Made by a program: the position numbers and the translations under genes
Notes under the pieces: generated by a model
Told to the model about the DNA's origin: nothing
The model's database searches: none
What the model saw: only the letters and a program-made list of their open reading frames with translations
Shown: positions 16,816 to 21,602 of the stretch, piece by piece
Position numbering within the stretch: the stretch's first letter is position 1
Layout: each line of letters opens with the position of its first letter
Assembly (NCBI GenBank): GCA_046538485.1
Contig: JBKHIT010000070.1
Coordinates: 1 to 21,602 of the forward strand
Origin: Candidatus Brocadiia bacterium
Lineage (GTDB): Bacteria > Planctomycetota > Brocadiia > SM23-32
Length of the DNA stretch: 21,602 bases
Reading direction: 5' to 3'

Positions 16816-17031
16816 TTAAGGCAGGGCATCATTCAGCCCCGGCACGTCCACAGCGCTCCGCCATCCATTCATCCCCGGCGACCATACAGAAGCGGTACCC
16901 GGGATTTCCTCGTCCCTTATCTTCCGCATCAGATCTATCTCTCTGATCGGGCCTTCCTTTTCCCCGTCAATTAACACAAACCACTCCCGCTCCGGCTCTT
17001 GCGGATTTAGTTCAGTTTCTTCTTCAGCCAT
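16816..17031 (-). CDS. Small stand-alone GYF_2 (DUF4339) domain protein
   Basis: WFVLIDGEKEGP...VWSPGMNGWRSAVDVPGL. ATG at 17031 after AAGGAG; 71 aa. Confidence 0.8.
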   Translation of the reverse strand: MAEEETELNPQEPEREWFVLIDGEKEGPIREIDLMRKIRDEEIPGTASVWSPGMNGWRSAVDVPGLNDALP

Positions 17032-17209
17032 TTTTCGCTCCTTTACTTTTTCCGCGCGCAAATTGGGCGGAACTTTTCTTTGTGCGATATCAATTCGTTC
17101 ACTTTCTTTTAATACATTGCCTCGACTCATTTGTCAATAAACAAAACGGGGAATCCAGATCACCTCGTCTGTCAGAAGTTAGAAATTGGAGGTCATCCCG
17201 GTCTTCAGG

Positions 17210-17238
17210 TTGACCCTGTCTGGTAACTCACGTATGAT
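17210..17238 (+). promoter_or_regulatory. Putative sigma70 promoter for the aldo/keto reductase
   Basis: TTGACC-17 nt-TATGAT. Confidence 0.55.
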
Positions 17239-17282
17239 TTCTGCTCCGTTTCAAATCCTTGAATATTCCGGGAGAATCGCAG

Positions 17283-18272
17283 ATGGAATATCGCACTTTA
17301 GGCTCTTCAGGCGTAAAAGTTTCTCAGCTGGGCCTCGGAACCATGAATTTCGGCGGCCGTACCAGCGAAGAAGACGCTCATGAGATCATCCACACCGCCC
17401 TCGACGCCGGTTTAAATCTCATTGATACCGCCGATGTATACAACAAAGGCGCCAGCGAAGAAATTGTTGGCCGCGCCATTAAAGACGTCCGCGATGATAT
17501 CGTACTCGCCACGAAATTCTGGGCCGGAATGGGCGAAGGGCCCAACGACAGAGGTGGTTCCCGATACCATATTGTCCGGGCCTGCGAAGATAGCCTGCGG
17601 CGCCTCGACACCGACCGAATCGACCTCTATCAGATCCACCGTCCCGACAAATACACTCCCATTGAGGAAACTCTGAGGGCACTCGACGATCTTGTCAACC
17701 AGGGTAAAGTTCTCTATATCGGGACATCCTCTTTCCCCGCCTGGCGCCACGCTGAAGCGCGTCTTATCGCCGAATTCAAAGGCCTGGCCGGGTTCACCAG
17801 CGAACAGCCGCCATATAACATTCTCGACCGTTACATCGACAAGTTTATACTCCCCTATTGCCAGGAACACGGAATCGGCGTGATCCCCTGGAGCCCCCTC
17901 AGTGCTGGCTGGCTCACGGGAAAATATCGAAAAGGCCAGGAACCACCCGAAGGAACACGTGGAGCCCAAAAACATTGGATGGTCAACCTTGAGACCGATA
18001 TCGGCCAGCAGAAACTCGAGCAGGTCGAACAACTCATCCCGCTCGCCGAAGAATGCGGCACCAGTCTCGTGCGTTTCTCGCTCGCATGGCTGATGCAACG
18101 ACCTGGAGTGACCGCCCCGCTGATTGGCCCGAGAACACTTGAACAGGCCGAAGATTGTCTCCAGGCTCTCGATGTCACGCTCGAACAGGACGTGCTCGAG
18201 AAAGTGGACGAAATCGTGCCGCCGGGAACTCCCGGCATGGCCGAGGGACAATACTGGCCGGAACCGGGATAA
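17283..18272 (+). CDS. Aldo/keto reductase (Tas/YajO-like)
   Basis: MEYRTLGSSGVKVSQLGLGTMNFG, DTADVY, VLATKF, SLRRLDTDRIDLYQIH and WSPLSAGWLTGKY; catalytic tetrad intact. Confidence 0.95.
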   Translation: MEYRTLGSSGVKVSQLGLGTMNFGGRTSEEDAHEIIHTALDAGLNLIDTADVYNKGASEEIVGRAIKDVRDDIVLATKFWAGMGEGPNDRGGSRYHIVRACEDSLRRLDTDRIDLYQIHRPDKYTPIEETLRALDDLVNQGKVLYIGTSSFPAWRHAEARLIAEFKGLAGFTSEQPPYNILDRYIDKFILPYCQEHGIGVIPWSPLSAGWLTGKYRKGQEPPEGTRGAQKHWMVNLETDIGQQKLEQVEQLIPLAEECGTSLVRFSLAWLMQRPGVTAPLIGPRTLEQAEDCLQALDVTLEQDVLEKVDEIVPPGTPGMAEGQYWPEPG

Positions 18273-18366
18273 TGAACCGATAGCCGGTCGGAGCCACAAG
18301 TTCGTGCAGCCAAGCTGCGTCCTGCCTTTTAAGAGAACAGCAGGTATTGCGCTAAAATGGCGAACG

Positions 18367-18782
18367 GCAGGTCCGCCTCGGCGATGCGGACCTACAGCTC
18401 TCAAGCATTTTCCCGGATAGAACCCACCCGGTCTCCACGTATCCCGGATGCCGCATACATATAGGGCGTGATCGCCGAGCGCACCCTCCCATCTGATGCC
18501 CCGGAAGGGTATAACCCGCTTTTCTCAAGCGGCGCCCCCCGTGAGAGATTCGTTGGGCAGACGTGCCTGCCATTTTAAATATCATTGGCATTGGCATACC
18601 CCATTGCAGACAGTCCACCGCGACTCGCAGCCGCCGTACTCCACAGCCGGCTCTGCCGGCGGGGTTCATGCACGAACCGGTCCTGTTACGATTGTCCGCC
18701 ACGCCACATATTCTGTTCCGCAACAAACGACGACGACTCCGGGTCTGACGACCCGGCCCACAGGCTGGAGAGCCTGTGCTAC
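18367..18782. repeat. Cluster of GTAG/GTGG-type REP-like palindromes, including a partial inverted copy of the dispersed repeat
   Basis: GGTCCGC-CTCGGCGAT-GCGGACC-TAC (~18370-18395), ATAGGGCGTGATCGCCGAGCGCACCCT (18461-18487), CCGGGTC-TGAC-GACCCGG-CCCAC (18739-18761) and CACAGGCT-GGAG-AGCCTGTG-CTAC (18759-18782). Confidence 0.7.
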
Positions 18783-18983
18783 GTGCGTCTGTCACCAAAT
18801 TAAAGCTTTGCCGCTTATCCTGTGCTTTGTGCGTTTCCCGACGCAACGGACCGCTGAATATCTGGTTAGCCCGGGGCCCGGCGAATTTGTAAACGGGCCG
18901 GGGACCCGTCCGATCTCCTTGACTTGTGCTCCGACCCAAGCCGAATTACAATCTTGCCGCAACATAATTCGAAGGAATGAAAC

Positions 18984-20243
18984 ATGAGTGATGAGAAAGC
19001 AAAAAACGCCAGCATCAAAGTCGGCGTTGTCGGTGTTGGACGGGGACGCACTTTCATCCACAGCGCCCGGCGCGTCGGCATGGAACTTGTGGCCGTCTGC
19101 GACACGTGGGAAGAAAAATTGAAAGAGGTCGGGAAAAACCTCGATGTTGAAACCTACACCGACTATGACCGTTTCCTTGAACATGAAATGGATGCCGTCG
19201 TTCTGGCCAATTATTTTCACGAGCATGCCCCATTTGCGGTCCGCGCGCTCGAAAGCGGCCGGCACGTGATGAGCGAATGCGCCGCCTGCCACACGCTTGC
19301 CGAAGGCGTACGGCTCGCGCGGTCCGTCGAAAAAACGGGCAAAATCTACATGCTCGCCGAAAACTACCCCTACATGGCGCCCAACCAGGAGATGCAACGA
19401 CTTTACCGGGACGGGGCTGTCGGGAAATTCCTCTACGGGGAAGGCGAATACGTCCACCCTGACACCGCGCGCGCCAGAATGAGTCGGAGCGTGGGCATAA
19501 ACCACTGGCGCAACTGGATTCCCGCCACCTACTACTGCACGCATTCCATCGCCCCGATTATGTTCATCACCGACACCCGCCCGGTTGAGGTGAGTGGATT
19601 TATCGTGCCCTACGATCACGACGACCCAACTCTCACGAAAACGGTGCGTCGGAGTGATGTTGCCGCGGTCATCATGATGAAAATGGATAATCAGGCGGTT
19701 GCCAAATCCCTCCACGGCGGTCTGAGAGGCCACCAGAACTACGTCCGCATCCATGGCAATGCCGGTTTGATGGAAAACAGCCGGGTGATGAACAAAAACA
19801 TGCTGCGGGTTCGCAGGGAACCTTTTGACAAGGACGAAGGAGAACCGGTCGAGAAACTCTATCTTCCGGACTTCCCCGAGCACCACCAGGAAGCCGTAAG
19901 TGCTGGACACGGCGGGGGCGATTTCTTCACCAACTTCCATTTTGCCGAAGCGATTCGAACCGGCCAGCAACCGTACCTGAACGTCTACCGGGCCATAGAT
20001 ATGAGCATCGCCGGGGTTCAGGCCTGGCGTTCCGCCCTCAAAGACGGCGCCCCGGTGCCGGTCCCCGACTTCAGGGAAGAATCAGTTCGGCAAAAATACG
20101 AGGATGATCAGTGGTCCCCCGATCCGACCCGGGAAACCGGCGAAAATGTTCCCACCAGCATCAGAGGCGAGATCGAGCCGACAGGGGAAGCGATTAAATT
20201 CAGCCGATCAGTCTGGTCACAACAGGGATATGACGAAGATTAA
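18984..20243 (+). CDS. Gfo/Idh/MocA family oxidoreductase
   Basis: KVGVVGVGRG Rossmann motif, HVMSECAA, YMLAENY, GEGEYVH, YYCTHS and GHGGGDF. Confidence 0.92.
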   Translation: MSDEKAKNASIKVGVVGVGRGRTFIHSARRVGMELVAVCDTWEEKLKEVGKNLDVETYTDYDRFLEHEMDAVVLANYFHEHAPFAVRALESGRHVMSECAACHTLAEGVRLARSVEKTGKIYMLAENYPYMAPNQEMQRLYRDGAVGKFLYGEGEYVHPDTARARMSRSVGINHWRNWIPATYYCTHSIAPIMFITDTRPVEVSGFIVPYDHDDPTLTKTVRRSDVAAVIMMKMDNQAVAKSLHGGLRGHQNYVRIHGNAGLMENSRVMNKNMLRVRREPFDKDEGEPVEKLYLPDFPEHHQEAVSAGHGGGDFFTNFHFAEAIRTGQQPYLNVYRAIDMSIAGVQAWRSALKDGAPVPVPDFREESVRQKYEDDQWSPDPTRETGENVPTSIRGEIEPTGEAIKFSRSVWSQQGYDED

Positions 20244-20284
20244 ACGCGGGGAACGACAGGGCCTTCACCCGCTGCTCGATTCAA

Positions 20285-21154
20285 TCAGGGGCTTGGGACA
20301 TCGGCCAGCATCGGATAAATTTCATAGTACCACGGTCGGGACTGGCGGATGAACCCGTGCGCCCATGTGTCGATGCCGGAGGAACTCAACTCAATCAGCC
20401 GTTCCAGAGCTTCCGGACTCCGCGCCGCGCTGACTGCGCCCTCGCGCCTGAGGAGATTCCAGCTGGCGAGGCTGCCGTGCGCGTTGACCTCTCTGACTCT
20501 AAACGGTTTGTTGCGGTCGCCCCAGACCGCATCCATTGCCACGATATCACCGTGCTGAAAATCTCCAATTCTCCGTCGGCGGAATATCCGATTGCGCTTG
20601 CTCGGGTTGTAGAAGTAGGAGGACCGGATTCTCAGGCCAGAGCTCCCGTCCAGACCGAAAGGATCCGATTGAAAAATACGCCATTTCTCGTGCATTGCAC
20701 CTGTGTAACTTAATGTCTCGTCAGAAGGACAATAAAGCACACCCGGTTTAAGGTAATCTTCGTAAACCAGCAGGGCGTAACGCGCGAAATACTGCTCTTT
20801 CCCCACCTGCCAGTCGGGATTCCAGGATGCGTCTCGCTGGCTGAAGTAATTATTGTCCCACACGACCCGATCCCAATAAGCGACCCGCCAGCTCCAGAAA
20901 TTATGGGGGGCCACTGCTGGCTCGATAAGACCTTTGTTATCATTGGCGTAGAGATGAATTGCCACCCCGTGCTGGCGCATGTTACTGGAACATACAGTTA
21001 TTCTGGCCCTCTCCCTTGCAGTCTCAAGCGCCGGCATGAGCATCGCCGCCAGGATGGCGATAATCGCGATAACCACCAACAACTCTATGAGCGTAAAGGC
21101 TCGACGCCCAGCATCCTTTCGGCCTGCGGCCAAGCATCTCAACTCCGCTTTCAT
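20285..21154 (-). CDS. Prepilin-type N-terminal cleavage/methylation domain protein (DUF1559-like, PVC type)
   Basis: [45 protein letters not shown]...YANDN, LYCPSD and SSYFYN. Confidence 0.9.
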   Translation of the reverse strand: MKAELRCLAAGRKDAGRRAFTLIELLVVIAIIAILAAMLMPALETARERARITVCSSNMRQHGVAIHLYANDNKGLIEPAVAPHNFWSWRVAYWDRVVWDNNYFSQRDASWNPDWQVGKEQYFARYALLVYEDYLKPGVLYCPSDETLSYTGAMHEKWRIFQSDPFGLDGSSGLRIRSSYFYNPSKRNRIFRRRRIGDFQHGDIVAMDAVWGDRNKPFRVREVNAHGSLASWNLLRREGAVSAARSPEALERLIELSSSGIDTWAHGFIRQSRPWYYEIYPMLADVPSP

Positions 21155-21202
21155 CCCGAAGGCTCCCTGTAAACGGCCAGGATGATCATAACTACTATTA
21201 AT

Positions 21203-21231
21203 ATTCTACAGCATCCCGGCGGATCTGTCAA
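21203..21231 (-). promoter_or_regulatory. Sigma70 promoter for the prepilin-like gene
   Basis: Minus strand TTGACA (21231-21226)-17 nt-TAGAAT (21208-21203). Confidence 0.65.
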
Positions 21232-21343
21232 CTTTCTCTCGCCGCGAGGACTTTGCGCTGTGGGTCATTTCGCTGCTTGACAACGCTGGACTGGCTTGAG
21301 ATTGCCACCGACTCCCGAACAGAGCCGGGCGCAAATTCCTCAA

Positions 21344-21551
21344 GTTTCCTTCGGAAAAGTCTTTACAGGTTGTTGTAACATAAACCTCATGTCTGGTGTC
21401 AATCATTCTGTGAGCTTGCAACTCCGCTTCTCGACCGCGTATCCTGCAGACTCGAGTTCAGCTGAGTCCGCTCAGGCGGACGAAGGGGGACTTGAGGCGG
21501 ACAAATGCCGTGAAATGCCAGGTAGCTGTCGGTCCGCATCGCCGAGGCGTA
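21344..21551. repeat. Dispersed intergenic repeat, copy 2, with a trailing REP-like palindrome
   Basis: About 88% identical to 5591-5703 over 113 nt. Contains a GTCCGC-TCAG-GCGGAC hairpin. The tail AGCTGTCGGTCCGCATCGCCGAGGCG matches the reverse complement of ~18374-18399 with one mismatch. Confidence 0.9.
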
Positions 21552-21602
21552 TGTGGTATAAATGAAAGTCGGGGCAGAACTGGAGTCGATAAGTTCCCCT
21601 GC

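Noticed and set aside
18352..18987. ORFs of 195 aa (-) and 163 aa (+) in the REP-rich gap as a RAYT or other transposase
   Set aside because: No convincing Y1/RAYT motif context; the composition is typical of translated GC-rich palindromic DNA.
17412..19970. 330-aa and 392-aa minus-strand ORFs
   Set aside because: Antisense shadows of the aldo/keto reductase and Gfo/Idh/MocA genes.
1..21602. CRISPR array, tRNA, rRNA, retron/reverse transcriptase or anti-phage defence genes
   Set aside because: By eye I found no regularly spaced direct repeats, no tRNA cloverleaf with a T-loop, and no RT, Cas or nuclease motifs.

Overview
Chromosomal window from a bacterium, most likely of the Planctomycetota/PVC group. 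That placement is an inference from the [14 protein letters not shown] prepilin-like gene, the GYF_2, DUF3604 and URO-D-like genes, and GTAG-type palindromes. Many proteins are visibly Glu/Asp-rich. Housekeeping genes (mutS, rplM-rpsI, yebC, msrB) are mixed with accessory enzymes: two aldo/keto reductases, two URO-D-like proteins, an anaerobic sulfatase maturase with a SEC-C tail, a membrane-anchored thioredoxin, an SGNH hydrolase, a DUF3604 metallohydrolase, DUF72 and a Gfo/Idh/MocA oxidoreductase. I see no tRNA, rRNA, CRISPR array or intact transposase, and no complete novel multi-gene system that I can support. The most unusual signals lie outside the ORF track. (1) A ~170-190 bp non-coding repeat family has copies at ~5.6 kb and ~21.4 kb and a partial inverted copy at ~18.4 kb. 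(2) An orphan IS200/IS605-like right end with no tnpB sits beside the first copy. (3) REP-like palindromes cluster in two intergenic regions. (4) A LigD phosphoesterase gene is cut after HYDFR and joined to an inverted beta-propeller gene fragment, with TTCAGG at both junctions, upstream of DUF72. (5) An IS21-like end truncates a URO-D gene at the left edge. (6) An XRE HTH remnant is present. (7) A membrane thioredoxin with extra cysteines and a lipoprotein MsrB may form an envelope redox pair.
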